64,000 bases of DNA from Octopus sinensis (GCF_006345805.1 NC_042999.1:128464001-128528000); one strand, 5' to 3'; counted from the stretch's first letter, positions 50,471 to 63,098 are shown. The notes: generated from the sequence alone by a model not told the origin. Translations and numbers: made by a program.

Positions 50471-51084
50471 GCTATATTATAAGAACTATGTTTCTGTATC
50501 CATCTCTCTGCTTCTCCATCTATCACATACTCTGATCAAGGTAATTTTCAAGTTATTTTATCTTTCTTTTAAATATCCACCCCAGAAAGAAGGCAATATT
50601 CCTAACACGACTCTTGGCTCTAAAGGTGCCAGGTTGTAGTGTTAGACTGAGTAATGGATTAACCCTTTTGAAACCTATCTGCCTGAAACCACCCATGTTT
50701 TTATGATACAAACCCCCTACTTGAAAGTAATCTAAAATAGAACCTTCCATCAAAATGTGTTACATTATAAACACCATCTTAATTTATTTTATTAAATTCA
50801 TCATTATTTTCAAATTCATTTTAAAATTCATTGTGTATTTCAACGGCAATATGTTAACAAAAAGGCAAAGTCTAACCCCACCCCCTTGTAAGCTATGGCA
50901 GAATTTGAACTCAGTAAGACAGAACAAATACCTTAAGTACTGCCAATCCACTGACTTGCAGTTTTTTATCGACCTTTATAGGATGAAAGACAGAAATTGG
51001 CCTGAACAGGATATGAACTCAAAGTGCAGGGAGTTGGAAAAAATACTGTATGGTGTTCTGTCCTTGACTTTGCTTACTTGCTGC

Positions 51085-52320
51085 TTATGACAGGTCATTA
51101 AAGGTGATGACGGTGTCAATCCAAGACATTTAACTTCCTCCTCCTCCAGCACATTGTTTCCCATGAGAGTAAATGTGGCTGACAAGACCAATACGAGGTA
51201 GGCAGATCCTTTGGCACTGAGGGCACTGAAAGTGACCTTGAACATCAGCTGCAAAGGGTTGATGAAAATGTCTCTTCTTCTCTCTATGCAGTCCTGTGCA
51301 TTTGGCTTCAAAGCATTCTACTGCAGCATCACACATGGACCTCCATGACTTCCAGTTAACAGCCAGGGTTTCCAACCGATTGAGAGGGACACCACATAGA
51401 ATGAAAAACTGCTTGAGATAATCATGAAATCAATGTTTTGGACGTCCATGATGTCTTCTTCCAGTTTCAATCTCACTGAAGAGGACCAACTTTGAGAGCC
51501 AGTTATCTGACATTCAAATCACATGGCCAACATGGTGAAGAAGATAATGAAAGCTGTAGGTCCCAATACTGTAAATCACAGCTCTCAGGAGGATTTCAAG
51601 TATGAGGCACATTGTCCTTCCACATGAGACTGAGGATATTTTGGAGTGATCCGATATGGAACACTTCCTGTTGTTTGATTTGGTGCTGATAAAAGGTCCA
51701 ACATTCAGACCTGTACAGAAGGGTGGATACACATACAGCTTAATTAAACAGAGATTTGTGTACTCACTCTAAGGTTTTTGTTTTGAAATACTCAGTCACT
51801 GAGTTTCATGAAAGATGCAGAGGCAAAGTTGATTTGGCAGAATATTTCTTCATCAAGAAGTCCAGTATTAGAGATTGTGCTTCCAAGATAGCAGAATGAG
51901 TCTGCTTGCAGTACAGAAGTATCATCAATAGAGATGGGCTGAGGGGGAGGTGGGATACAGGAAGGCTGATTAGAAAACTTCAGTTTTTTTATGATTCACT
52001 TGAAGACCAAGCTGAGAATAGGTACTGTCCATTGATTTTGTCATGTGTTGAAGAGGAGTGGAGGTATGCAATGGTGCAACTGAATAGTCAGTATACTGAA
52101 TTTCATACAGTGTGGTTGGGAGGATTTTTGATGTGGCTCTCAGGTGACATCATGATGGTACCTGATATGATTTCCACCTTCTTTGGTGAACTGTCTTCTG
52201 AAAACAAGGGTTACAGTCACCAGGTAAATGTTTGATAGTATGGGGGCAAGGACACATCCTTGCTTTACCCCCACCTGGATATCAAAGAGTTCTGAGGCTT
52301 CACCACTAAATGTCACTCTC
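51085..52320 (-). mobile_element. RTE-BovB-like LINE 3' portion (decayed)
   Basis: GVKQGCVLAPILSNIY RT motif; C-terminal CPQCQRICLPRIGLVSH zinc finger. Confidence 0.88.
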
Positions 52321-52820
52321 ACTTACACACCATTACAAAATTTCCAGCATAAAAAACCCATAAAAAAAAAAACCCATAAGTACTGCCAATCCACCAACTT
52401 GCAGCTTTTTATTGATCTTTAGAGGATGAAAGACAGAAATTGGCCTCAGCAAGATTTAAACTCATTGTGCAGGAAGTTGCTCCCTACAGAAATGAAAAAA
52501 AAATTAATTTATTCAATTTATTCATTGACTTCACATATGTAACATAAGGCAAAATATGGTTTGTACTTAGTGTTTCATCAAAGTTTATTATTCTTCATAC
52601 ACAACTGAAAAAAAATATGGCTACGAATATTTCATTCTCAAATAGAACAATAAATTGTGTTATGAAAGGAAAAGTCTTCTACTTGAAGTTAATGCAAAAT
52701 TTTGCATATACAGACAATTACAAGAGTTCTCAATTGATTTTAATTGGCTGAACCACCATTGAAACTGCTTGTTAGAAGTGGGTAAAAGAAGGATTCCAAA
52801 TATTGTTAATAATGACATAC

Positions 52821-52884
52821 CTTTCCTTGATGCCACAACAATTTTGTCCTCACTATCTGTGGATTTCAGTTTGTTCAAGGCAGT
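52821..52884 (-). CDS. Candidate minus-strand exon
   Basis: ttcattttcaatgttgctag acceptor, AAG|GTATGT donor, open frame TALNKLKSTDSEDKIVVASRK. Confidence 0.3.
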
Positions 52885-52959
52885 CTAGCAACATTGAAAA
52901 TGAACAATGTGTGTATTCAAGAGCTATTCTAACAACAAAAGAATAATAAAAAATTGACA

Positions 52960-53670
52960 AAGTTAATAAACTGAGTGCAAAGGCAGGACAAAAGAAATTA
53001 ATGATGTGGAAGGCTCAGGAACTGTCAACAAATGTGTGGCACAAAACTGGTTCAGATGCTTGAAGAAAAGTGACACCAGTCTTATAAACAAACCAAGGCC
53101 AAGGAGATCTTCTGTTGTAGAAGATAAAGCCTTGCATGAAATGGTTGAACAACACCAAGCACAAGCACTTGTACATTGGTCCTTCACAAAGCACCATCAA
53201 TCAAAATATCCATAATCTCAGCTCTGTGAACAGACACTGTTGAGAAGTTCCTCATGAACTGACCAATGACCAGGCTCAGCAACATGTGAACGTTTGCAAA
53301 CAATTGCAGGTAAATCATCAAGATGCCCATTTGGCACTTTGAATTGTAACTGGAAACGAAAAATGAATCTTGTTTTAAAATCCTAATACGAGAAATCAAT
53401 AGCTTTGTTCAGGGCTGGTTTCAGAACTCGTTGTCAAGCAAGAGTGGTTCGAACAGAAGGTCATGTTATGTGTTTGGTGAAGTTTTGAGGGGGTGTTACA
53501 CTTTCAGTTTGTCCCAGGTGGTCATGCTGTGAATACTAACCTTTATGCTCAACAATGGCAGTGACTATATGATGCTTTTGAAAACCTTCCTGCCTGCATT
53601 GGTCAATTGAAGACACACTCCTACAGTATAACAATGCCCCAGCACACACTGCCAATGTGACCAAGTGGAG
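52960..53670 (+). mobile_element. Decayed mariner transposase fragment
   Basis: GTVNKCVAQNWFRCLKKSDTSLINKPRPRRSSVVEDKAL (HTH), IVTGNEK, later DNAP-like remnant. Confidence 0.8.
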
Positions 53671-53825
53671 AACAGTCGTCGATGTCCTATGCTCCGTAGC
53701 GATTAAAGAAGGACTTAAGTAAATAAGTATTTTAATCCAAAAGAATGGAAATCAAGCATTGTGTGAAGTGAACTCATGATGTAAAAAGATGAAACTAGAT
53801 ATGTATGACATTTTGTCCAATGTCT

Positions 53826-54335
53826 CATCATCATCATCATTTAATGTCAGTTCTCCATGCTAGCATGGGCTGGACGGTTTTGACTGAGGGCTGGCAACCA
53901 GATGGCTGCACCAAGCTCCAATCTTGATCTGGCATAGTTTCTACAGCTGGATGCCCTTCCTAACGCCAACCACTCTGAGAGTGTAGTGGGTGCTTTTTAC
54001 GTGCCACCAGCACGGGCGCCAGTCAGGCAGTACTGGCAACGACCTCGCTCAAATCTTTTTTATACGTGCCACTGGCACAGATTCCAGTGAAGCGACGTTG
54101 GTAACGATCACGCTCGAATAGTGCCCTTTTACATGCCATGGGTATGGAAGCCAGTTGGCTGCTCTGGCAACGATCACGCTGGGATTAGCACCCTACTAGC
54201 ACATGCACAAGTGCCAGTAAGGCGACGCTGGTAACGATCATACTCGAATGGTGCCCTTTTATGTGCCACTAGCATGGAAGCCGGTTAGCCACTCTGTCAA
54301 CGATCACACTTGTATGGTGCTCTTTGCATCCCGCT
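53826..54335 (-). mobile_element. RTE 3' UTR/tail with about five tandem ~60-bp units
   Basis: Repeated ttttacgtgccac...ggcaacgatcacgctcgaatggtgccc; (ATC)n tail. Confidence 0.85.
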
Positions 54336-54558
54336 CGCACGAATTGCTTTTAGTTTTGGTTGATTGTTTCATATTTAATTTGTACCAACTTTATTTTTCC
54401 CTAGTCATAGAGTATATACTGATACTATATACAGTGCTGTTATATCAATCTTCTTTTGTTGACTACGTCGAGTAAGAGGACTGACACGCCATATAGGTTG
54501 TGTGGCATTATTCCATCCATCATGACTTTCAAATCGAATAATGCCAGGTATTGCTTAC

Positions 54559-54664
54559 TCTGCATAGGCGTTGTGTGGTCATAGGGATTTGCAACGTCAT
54601 CCATCTTTAAAGCACTAGAATCATTCGGATGATTTGAAGAGGGTTCTCGGCCGTAGATTCATTG
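54559..54664 (-). CDS. Candidate minus-strand exon, possibly containing a start codon
   Basis: tctctcatctttttttcaag acceptor, AGA|GTAAGC donor; MDDVANPYDHTTPMQ or MTLQIPMTTQRLCR. Confidence 0.25.
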
Positions 54665-54761
54665 CTTGAAAAAAAGATGAGAGACATTATCACTTGATCA
54701 AATCGCCCCAAACAATTGACAAAACATACCTTTTAGAAAACCGTTGGCAGTGTATCAAAAT

Positions 54762-54821
54762 TGTGTGTGTGTGTGTGTGGTGTGTGTGTGTGTGTGTGCG
54801 TGTGTGTGCGTGCGTGCGTGT

Positions 54822-54862
<41 letters not shown>

Positions 54863-54892
54863 GTGTGTCTGTGTGTGTGTGTGTCTGTGTGG
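54762..54892. repeat. (TG)n microsatellite
   Basis: Direct reading. Confidence 0.95.
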
Positions 54893-55247
54893 TCAACTAA
54901 CATACTAAGGGAGATAACTCTTCCTATTATATTACATTTGGTTGATAAGAGTTTTCCCCCTTAGTATAAAAGTAAATTTTGGTGACCAGACTTCGTTTAG
55001 TTTACAAATATATAAGGAAAACATTATCTAAAAACAATGTTGCTAATTACATTAAGTAATGTCATCAGATCTACGACATTTCAAAGTAATGTACAAAGGG
55101 ATAAGAGGACATCATTATATTGATTTTAATGCGCACGTACATACATGTTAACGTAGACGTTGCCAGTGGCAATCAGTATCTTACTAGTTTTGATATTCAG
55201 GCTACGGATCTCGCCAAGTGTCCAGTCCAATATCCCATATGCGCAGG

Positions 55248-55600
55248 CGTAGCTGTGTTGTAAGAAGCTTGCTTCCTAGCCACATGGTTCCAGGATCAAT
55301 CTCACTGCCTTGCACCTCGAGCCAACCAAAGCCTTATGAGTGAATTTGGCAGACGGAAACTGAAAGAAGCACCGTCGCGCGCGCGTGTGTGTGTCTTTAT
55401 GTCCGTTCCCCCCTCACTGCTTGAAACTGGTGTTGGTGTGATTACGTCTCCGTAACTTAGCCGTTCGGCAAAAGAAGCCCGATAGGATAAGTACTAGGCT
55501 TTAAAACAAAAACTCCTTGGTCGATTTGTTTGACAAAAACTCTTCAAGACGGTGCTCCAGCATGGCCGTAGTCAAATGACTGAAACAAATAAAAGAATAC
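55248..55600 (+). mobile_element. OK-like SINE followed by a second SINE-family segment
   Basis: ggcgtagctgtgttgtaagaagcttgcttcc...; then gtccgttccccc...ggtgctccagcatggccgtagtcaaatgactgaaac. Confidence 0.75.
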
Positions 55601-55689
55601 ATACATACATACATACATACATACATACATACATACATACGTACGTACGTACGTACGTACATAAAACCTACCTACCTAACTGTTTTTGC

Positions 55690-56596
55690 AGTGCTTGTAT
55701 CAACATTTAGGATATTGAACTGGACACATCGACAGTGACACCGACAGGATCTATATGAGACGAAGTGATGGCGGTAGAGGCATAAGGTCAATCCAAGCAG
55801 CCTTTGAACGTCGCATTGTAATCACTCGGAAAACACCTACTGAACAGTAAAGAAAGAAATGAGTACATTCTATGCACACTCAAAAGTGAGAGCAGCAGCA
55901 TCTTCGGAGTTGGAGGACTACTGAGCAGGTACTCTGAGAATACAACTGTCTTATGCAACACAAAGGAGGTTGGACCGACCTACCTAAACAATAGCTTAAG
56001 GAAGAAACAGGCAACATACCAGCAAAAGCAAAGCATGGGTATATAACCCTTAAGCTAGAAAATTACAACAGCATTGACAGGAAGAGTAGCCTCTGCTGGA
56101 CCTGTGATAATTATATTACATTCCACCTAAAAGTGCATGCCTTCGCAATCCAGGAACAGGGGATAGCTACTAAATACCTGAGAAGCAAGAGAGGAAAAGA
56201 TACCACCAAATCCTCATGTGATAAAAATGTCGGCTCTACTATATCAGTGTGGAAGATATCACCCACATCATCAGCTGTTGCTCCAAAATGACAATGAAAT
56301 ACAACCTGTCCCTGAGGTATGGTATAGTTGCAAAGACTATTTACAATGTTATCCGAAGGAAAGATTGCCCTGACGTATACATAAAAGACGTGTCAGAATC
56401 GGCATGTATTCACACTTTTAAAAACAGGAAATATTGGTGGAAAACTCCTATAAAAACAGCAATACAGTGCAAACATAACACATCAGATATTGTTCTGTTG
56501 GACAGGGAACTAAATTCATGCACTGTTGTGAAGGTGAGCTGTCTCTCGACTATAAATTCTCATTTGTACCAATCATCAAAGGTGCATTAGGCTAGG
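55690..56596 (+). mobile_element. R4/Dong-type RLE LINE fragment (post-RT, CCHC knuckle, RLE start)
   Basis: DRIYMRRSDGGRGIRSI; EDITHIISCC; YWWKTPIKTAIQCKHNTSDIVLLDRE..CTVVKVSC. Confidence 0.82.
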
Positions 56597-56597
56597 T

Positions 56598-57873
56598 ATT
56601 GGATTATCTCGTAAATAATGCATTTTTTTCAATTTCATGAACTAAAAGTTGGAGGAGGGCGGGAGAAACTACCTGCATCAATTTGCTATAAAAGCATGTA
56701 GTAATATTACCTTGAACTTGCTCTTAGTGCAAGTTTTGAAGAGTCAGTTCGATTTTAACAGTTATTTTTTCAAAGCTACAATGGGAGTGATAAAGGAGCA
56801 TATTCGGCACATTTTGCTTTATGAGTTCGATAAAGACAACAACACAACAGAAAGTGCAAAGAATATTAATGCAGTGTATAGAGATCGGACAATAAGCGAA
56901 AGCCAGTGTTAACGGTACTTCCAGAAATTCTGAGTCGAAAACTACAGCCTAGAAGGCGAGCCACGTCCTGGAAGATCTGTAGAGCTCGATGAGGACGTCC
57001 TGCAAAACCTGGTGGAATAAAATCCCACGTAACTGTTGAGAAACTAGCAGAGAAGCTTGGATTTAGTCATTCAATTATTCATCGATACTTGCGTGCCATC
57101 GGAAAAATCAGCAAATTGGGTCAATGAGTTCCTTACAAACTTTTCGAGTCTAATCGCGTGCAGAAAGTGAATGTGTGCTCTTCTTTGCAGTCACATCTCA
57201 CGAATGAACCTTTTTTGGACCGAATAGTGACTGGTGACGAGAAATGGATTCTCTATGAAAATGTCAAGTGCCAAATACAGTGGGTAGGGAAAAGAGAAAC
57301 ACCGGCAACCCAGGCTAAAGAAGGTCTTTACCCAGGTGAGGTGTTGTTATCTATTTGGTGGGATATGAAAGGTTTAGTCCACTTTGGACCTTTAAATCTA
57401 AACCAAATGATAACAAAGGAGATCTGCCGTGAGCAGCTTGAGTGGCTCAAGTCAGTACTAGAAAAAAAACAACCACCTTTGGTTTCGAGATAAAAGGTGT
57501 TCTTCCATCAGGATAATGCTCAGCCACATACAGCAAGGATGACATTCCAAAGGCTGGAGCAGTTCGAATGAGAAAAAATGCCCCAACCACCATATTCGCC
57601 AGACATTACCCCATCTGATTATCATTTATTCGGCAGTTTTCAAAATCATTTGGACAGAAAAAATATGAATTCTGTAGATGAGGTCAGAACAGTACTGGAG
57701 GAGTATTTTTCGACACGGACAAGTGAATTTTGGAAGAGGGGCCTTACAAGTCTACCAGATAGATGGAAATTGTAGAAAATGCAGGAGAATATATTTTAGA
57801 TTAAAAAAGAACTTAATTTTGAAAAATAAAAGAGGTATAAAAAAAAACGCATTATTTATGGGATGACCCGAAT
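56598..57873 (+). mobile_element. Full-length decayed mariner (D,D34D)
   Basis: TIRs ttggattatctcgtaaataatgcatttttt / aaaaaacgcattatttatgggatgacccgaa; IVTGDEKW, HQDNAQPH, YSPDITPSDYHLF; stops and frameshifts. Confidence 0.93.
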
Positions 57874-57917
57874 AATAACAACAACAACAACAACAACAAT
57901 AATAATAATAATAATAA

Positions 57918-58430
57918 TCGGGCAAGTTCGGCTGTTGGCACTTCCATGCCTGAAGAGCTTCTTTCGAACGGGAAATGTCCCTCTGTAGCACTGCCAAGCC
58001 AAAGACCTTTGGAAATTGTCCATGATCTTCGACCCGAAGGTCTTTTGGAAGAGACTACTCAGACTGTTCTCGTCGATGCCTAGATTCAATCCTAGGCCAT
58101 CATCACTCATATCCCCAACTAGCCCCCTATAGAGATCTTGGGTTGTTTTCCTGCTTACGGCTTTTGGGCAGCTGGTACAATGCAGTGAGCGTCTGGCAAC
58201 ATTCTAGATGCCAAACGCCCAACCTTGGTCTACGTTAGACCCATGACTGTAGCTCTGTCAATGAGATGAATTGTGGAAAGACGTGTCGCACGAAAGACGC
58301 CCACTCCAATTCACCTTTATTTTCGTCGTCATCGTCGTCCACACCATCGCAGTGATTTAGATATTTCGGTAGGTGCAACAGCCTCAAAGCGTGGCGCTGC
58401 ATCATTAAAGATGGCATTCCAAGACCACAA
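57918..58430 (-). mobile_element. Tx1/L1-clade LINE C-terminal fragment
   Basis: MDNFQRSLAWQCYRGTFPVRKKLFRHG..SRTCP (start of zf-RVT-like region). Confidence 0.6.
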
Positions 58431-58434
58431 CGAT

Positions 58435-58580
58435 TTCCTATATCTGGTCAGGTGATCACACTGGATCATTATATCCCATAAGATTTTGCAGTTCTCATTT
58501 TCGGTGACTCCTTATGGGGTTTCTTCATACCACGTCTTTGTTCTTTGTATGCCGTGATTTCCACAGAACTCCCAATAGAT
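58435..58580 (-). mobile_element. Short Dong/R4-like fragment
   Basis: IYWEFCGNHGIQRTKTWYEETP*GVTENENCKILWDIMIQCDH, abutting (TAA)n. Confidence 0.7.
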
Positions 58581-58581
58581 C

Positions 58582-58623
<42 letters not shown>

Positions 58624-58624
58624 C

Positions 58625-59197
58625 ATTCAGTAGTTTTATTTTTATAGCGTGCTTTCACTTCACTACCGAGCGCAGCTCTGTGTGCCTTGGGTATGTGCTG
58701 TGATTTGTTGTGATGATCTGATGGTTATTGTATGGAAAGTGCTCTGCGTAGGATGTGTACAGTGCTTAGTAGTGCAATTTTCTGTATGTTATATGTGTTT
58801 GTAAGTCCTGGTGTTTTTGCTATGTATTTGTCTGAATATTTTTTATCATGCCTAATGCACCTACTATGATAGGAATTGTTTCTGTTTTTAGATTCCACAT
58901 TCTGGTTACCTCTATTTCCAGGTCTTTGTATTTCGAGAGTTTCTCCATTTCTTTTAGAGACACGTTGTCATCTGCCGGTATTGATACATCAATTAGAAAG
59001 CATTTTTTTTCTTCATGATCTCTGACAACTATATCTCGTCTGTTGGCCTTAATTTCTCTATCTGTGTGTATCGGCATATCCCAGAGTATGGTTGCTTTCT
59101 CGTTTTCTGTGACCTTTTCTGGTGTGTGCCTATACCATCTTTTTTCTGTTGTTATTCCATAATGTTGGCATAGCTTCCAATGTATGTAGGTTCCAAC

Positions 59198-59198
<1 letters not shown>
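58625..59198 (-). mobile_element. 5'-truncated Dong/R4 LINE with RLE domain, flanked by (TAA)n
   Basis: HWKLCQHYG..WYRHTPEKVTENEKATILWDMPIHTDREIKANRRDIVVRDHEEKKCFLIDVSIP..EKLSKYKDLE..IVGALG; ATT repeats both sides. Confidence 0.9.
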
Positions 59199-59232
<34 letters not shown>

Positions 59233-59264
59233 GCTTCACACGTGGAATCCACGCTCGAATCATC

Positions 59265-59737
59265 GCTGGTATAAAAGATGTGCTACAGCAAATATTCTGC
59301 TCGATACCACAGATTTGCTTGTCTGTTGTTTGACCGTAACCAGTTGAGCATGTCTCTTGGTGGCTGACGATATGTGCATCTTTTATCACGAGCAGAAGTA
59401 GTGGGGGAGCATCATAGCCATGTGCTGAAAGAAATTCTTTGGGGTTTGAATAATTCACCTCTGGAAACAATGCGTGTTTCGTCCAACATCCTTAAACAAC
59501 CCTTATTCGGGGACCTTTGAGTGGGATGGGCCACTTACCTGAAGAAAATTCTAATTGGGCCCCACCTGCAAGGTCATGTGCTGTTTATCTTAATATGAGA
59601 TCACCATGTCGTGCACATATGGTTGTGATGCCTGTGCCTGGTATACCCTTATCATACGGATAATCATGGTGGGTATACTGGGCTTAGTATATTTTACCCC
59701 AGTGTCACTTTGATGGCATGTAATACTCTCTCATTCA
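59265..59737 (+). mobile_element. Non-coding interspersed repeat ending in an (AAT)n tail; second copy 59862-60249
   Basis: Two highly similar copies (ggtataaaagatg..ctacagcaaatattctgctc...gaagaaaattctaa.tgggccccac), each next to AAT/TAC repeats. Confidence 0.8.
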
Positions 59738-59759
59738 ATGATAATAATAACAACAACAA

Positions 59760-59790
<31 letters not shown>

Positions 59791-59819
59791 GCTGCTGCTA
59801 CTACTACTACTACTACTAC

Positions 59820-59863
<44 letters not shown>

Positions 59864-60255
59864 GCCCTGATGCAGTACCAGGCAGTGGCTCTCGTGGCTT
59901 GTGATCGTAACTGATTGGAAGTGTTATCATGTACATTGTTTTGTCTTGGTATAAAAGATGGACTACAGCAAATATTCTGCTCAATGCCACAGATTTGCTT
60001 GTCAGTTGTTTGACCTTAACCAGTTGAGCATGTCCCTTAGTGGCTGACGATATGTGCATCTCTGATCACGAGCAGAAGTAGTGGGGGAGTATCATAGCCA
60101 TGTGTTGAGAGGGATTCTTTGTGGGGTTTGAATAATTCACCTCTGGAAACATGGGTGTTTTGTTCAACATTCTTAAACAACACTTATTCAGGGACCTTTT
60201 GAGCGGGATGGGTTACTCGACCAGAAGAAAATTCTAACTGGGCCCCACGAAAAAA

Positions 60256-60622
60256 TCGAGTTAATGTGGCGACAAGAGATTGGATTAAAAGACTTAGATC
60301 CTTTTGATTTAATACTTCAACACATTGTTAACGTTTGGCCTTCTCAACAGGCATGGTATGATTTGTTATTAAAATGTTTTCGGATTCAATAAGATGTTTA
60401 ATTTTTTCAATTTTCATGTTTATTAATTTTTTTCATTTTTTATGTTTATTAATCTTTTCACTTTTCATGTTTATTAATTTTAAAATTTTGTTTTTGTTGT
60501 TTTATTGAGGGTTAAACAATCTTTTTAGTTGAGAGAGATAACCAAAAGTACCGATATTTCTTGTAAAACGGGGAGAGTAACCCAATTTTTTAATGGGGGT
60601 GAGATAACCAAAAAGTACCGAT
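60256..60622 (+). mobile_element. Merlin/IS1595-like transposon 3' fragment
   Basis: ELMWRQEIGLKDLDPFDLILQHIVNVWP resembles the Merlin transposase C-terminus; duplicated 22-mer gagataaccaaaagtaccgata at 60535 and 60601. Confidence 0.55.
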
Positions 60623-61219
60623 AGACGTTAATAACAGAATTAATTGAAACACGCTTGTCGTGCAAACCCTTCTTTCAAGGCTCATAGAAGACAAAACATT
60701 CGTTAATTACGAAATATTCTCGCCTACAGCACTAAAGGACTGTACCTACTGATATTCATAAAGGGTTTGATCAAAAGACGATAAGTCGAAATGCACGGTG
60801 CTGGTCGTTGAATACAAACTATCAAATCTACTGCTATCATATTTATGGTCGTATCGGTTTGGACATCAATAGTCAACCGATTTTATCTGTAAGCAGACAT
60901 TAGTATATAATTAACAGATACATCATTTTAGGAACATGTTTACAAATTTTATAGATTGGCAGATAGAGGAAATGTAAAGGATAGATAACAGTATACGTTT
61001 CGCTAATAATCAAAGAACTGTTCACATAACTGTCCCTCTCCAGATTTCTGTTGAAGTGGTTCTTTGTAAAGCAAATATAACAGACGGGAAGTTTACTCTC
61101 GTTTTTGCCCGACGTCAATACAAACATACGCCGTCTTTGCATCACAGATACATACATCAATAAAATAAGTATGGTAATAGCCAAGAGCAAATACGTGTGT
61201 CTTTGAATGATATACTTAC

Positions 61220-61442
61220 ATATATCGTAACCAACATCCAAATGAGGAGGTCATTATGGTTCCCCAAGCAATACATTGAAAGCATTGAACTTCACAAATT
61301 TGCAGAATATGAAAGCGTTGTTCGAAAGTTCATTTAGTACAAAAGGGCTAAAGTATGCAACAACTAACACGGGTACTTCAAATTCATGATCTTAATTACT
61401 AAAACTAGAAAGCATCAAGAGATTTGTTATCAGAAAGGCCTT
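61220..61442 (-). other. Candidate non-coding (UTR/lncRNA) exon
   Basis: ttctggtttgtttatttcgctttag acceptor and AT|GTAAGT donor; all three frames closed. Confidence 0.2.
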
Positions 61443-62744
61443 CTAAAGCGAAATAAACAAACCAGAATGTAACTTAGATAAATACACAAGTAAATAAATA
61501 TAAATAAATGAATAAACCTATTAAAAATAAGATTTAGTTATGAATTCTAACGTAGATAATTTATATGGACATTGAAATATAGAATCATTTCCAGCAAAAA
61601 TATTCCCAGTTCAACAGAAATGAATTTAGGTAGATAAAGCAGAATTTAGCTCATATGTCTCTTAAAATATGTCAGTGTTCAAAACGAAATTTCTTTCAAA
61701 ACACCGCACCTCATTATAAAATATAAACAAAAATTACATACATCAAAATCGAAAAGTTCCAAACTGCGCATTAAAAAAACATTAGTATAGTCATATCAAC
61801 TAAATTACTGTTGTTTTTTGTGAGTTGACGTCTTTGTATTACTTGAGTTCTACAATAATCTTCCCTACACCGAGAAATGTTTAATCTTGTACATTTACTT
61901 AGTAAATTTTTTTCATCATTATTTCGGCAAGAACAATGTAAATTAATGCTTTGCTGAGGTCAGAATAAGATCGAAATATGTTCAATATTCTTCTGTATTT
62001 CTAGAAAAAAGAAAATAATATCAGTCACTTATTAATATTAATGTTTCCCATTCAGTATATATTTCTATTTAGCTTTCATAGCAATGATCTATGCATTGTG
62101 TTACACATTCATATCTATGTGTATACGTGTGTAGACCACATACCCACTTTTGGCACTATTTGTTAGTAAACAGTATGAGCTACGTCTAAGGCGGAGACGC
62201 ACAATATGTATCAATCCGCTATATTTTGACAGTTCGTAAAACAGGTAAAGTAAATAAACACGTAAAACAATAAACAATGCCTTCATTGAGTTGTCTATCA
62301 TCCCATCAAGAACGAAACAATGCATAACACATTGAATATCTCAGCATTAAGCTAACAGCATACAACTCTCTCAATGGATCGCAGTCCTCAATACGAATCA
62401 AAAATTGCATGTCTGAACCCTAGTATCAATTAAATAGAGTTTCCCCTTTTTACAAAGGTCGATTTACATTCATTGTTTCTTATTTTGAAAAATCCAAAAC
62501 ACAGTTATTTCATCTTTATTCGCTTTATTTATGCTGAAATTTTTTGAGAAACTGAATAGATGTTGTTACGCAAACAATATAATTGATACCGTTTCTCACT
62601 TAATGAACGAAGTAACACAAAAAAGATAGAATGAACAGGAGTTGACCCTGTTCCTCTTAGTTTCCTCTATATATAAACTACTTCATGATGTTTAAGTGAA
62701 CCTATCTGTCATCTTTTACCTTTTATTTATTTCATTCGTTAGAT

Positions 62745-62935
62745 TGCGGTCATGCTGTGGCATCACCTTCAGGAATTTTATTCGAACTAATCGACCCCAG
62801 TACTTAATTTCTTTTTAAGCCTGATACTTATTTTATCGGTCATTTTGCTGAACCACTAATTTAAAGGAACGTAAACATACCAACACTGGTTGCCAAATGG
62901 TGTTGGGGAGAAACACAGGCACAGTGACACACACA
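62745..62935 (+). mobile_element. SINE-like repeat (family of 795-985)
   Basis: cgaccccagtactta...aagcctgatacttattttatcggtc...aaacataccaacactggttgccaaatggtg. Confidence 0.7.
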
Positions 62936-62946
62936 CATACATACAC

Positions 62947-63098
62947 ATACGACGAGCTTCTTTCAGTTTCCGTCTACCAAATCCACTCACAAGATTTTGG
63001 TCGATCCGAGGCTATAGTAGAAGACACTTGCTCAAGATGTAATGCAGCGGGACTGAACCAGAACCATGTGGTTGGGGAGCAAACTTCTTAGCCACACC
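62947..63098 (-). mobile_element. tRNA-derived SINE (OK-like)
   Basis: Similar to 1583-1746. Confidence 0.8.

Noticed and set aside
57918-57985. Hammerhead or HDV-like ribozyme (CTGAAGA...CGAAC)
   Set aside because: No GAAA, no stems I/III, too short for an HDV fold; the sequence is better explained as minus-strand Tx1-like coding DNA
59865-59925. HDV-like ribozyme at the 5' end of the TAA-associated repeat
   Set aside because: A P3-like hairpin exists, but L3, P1 and P1.1 do not fit the consensus
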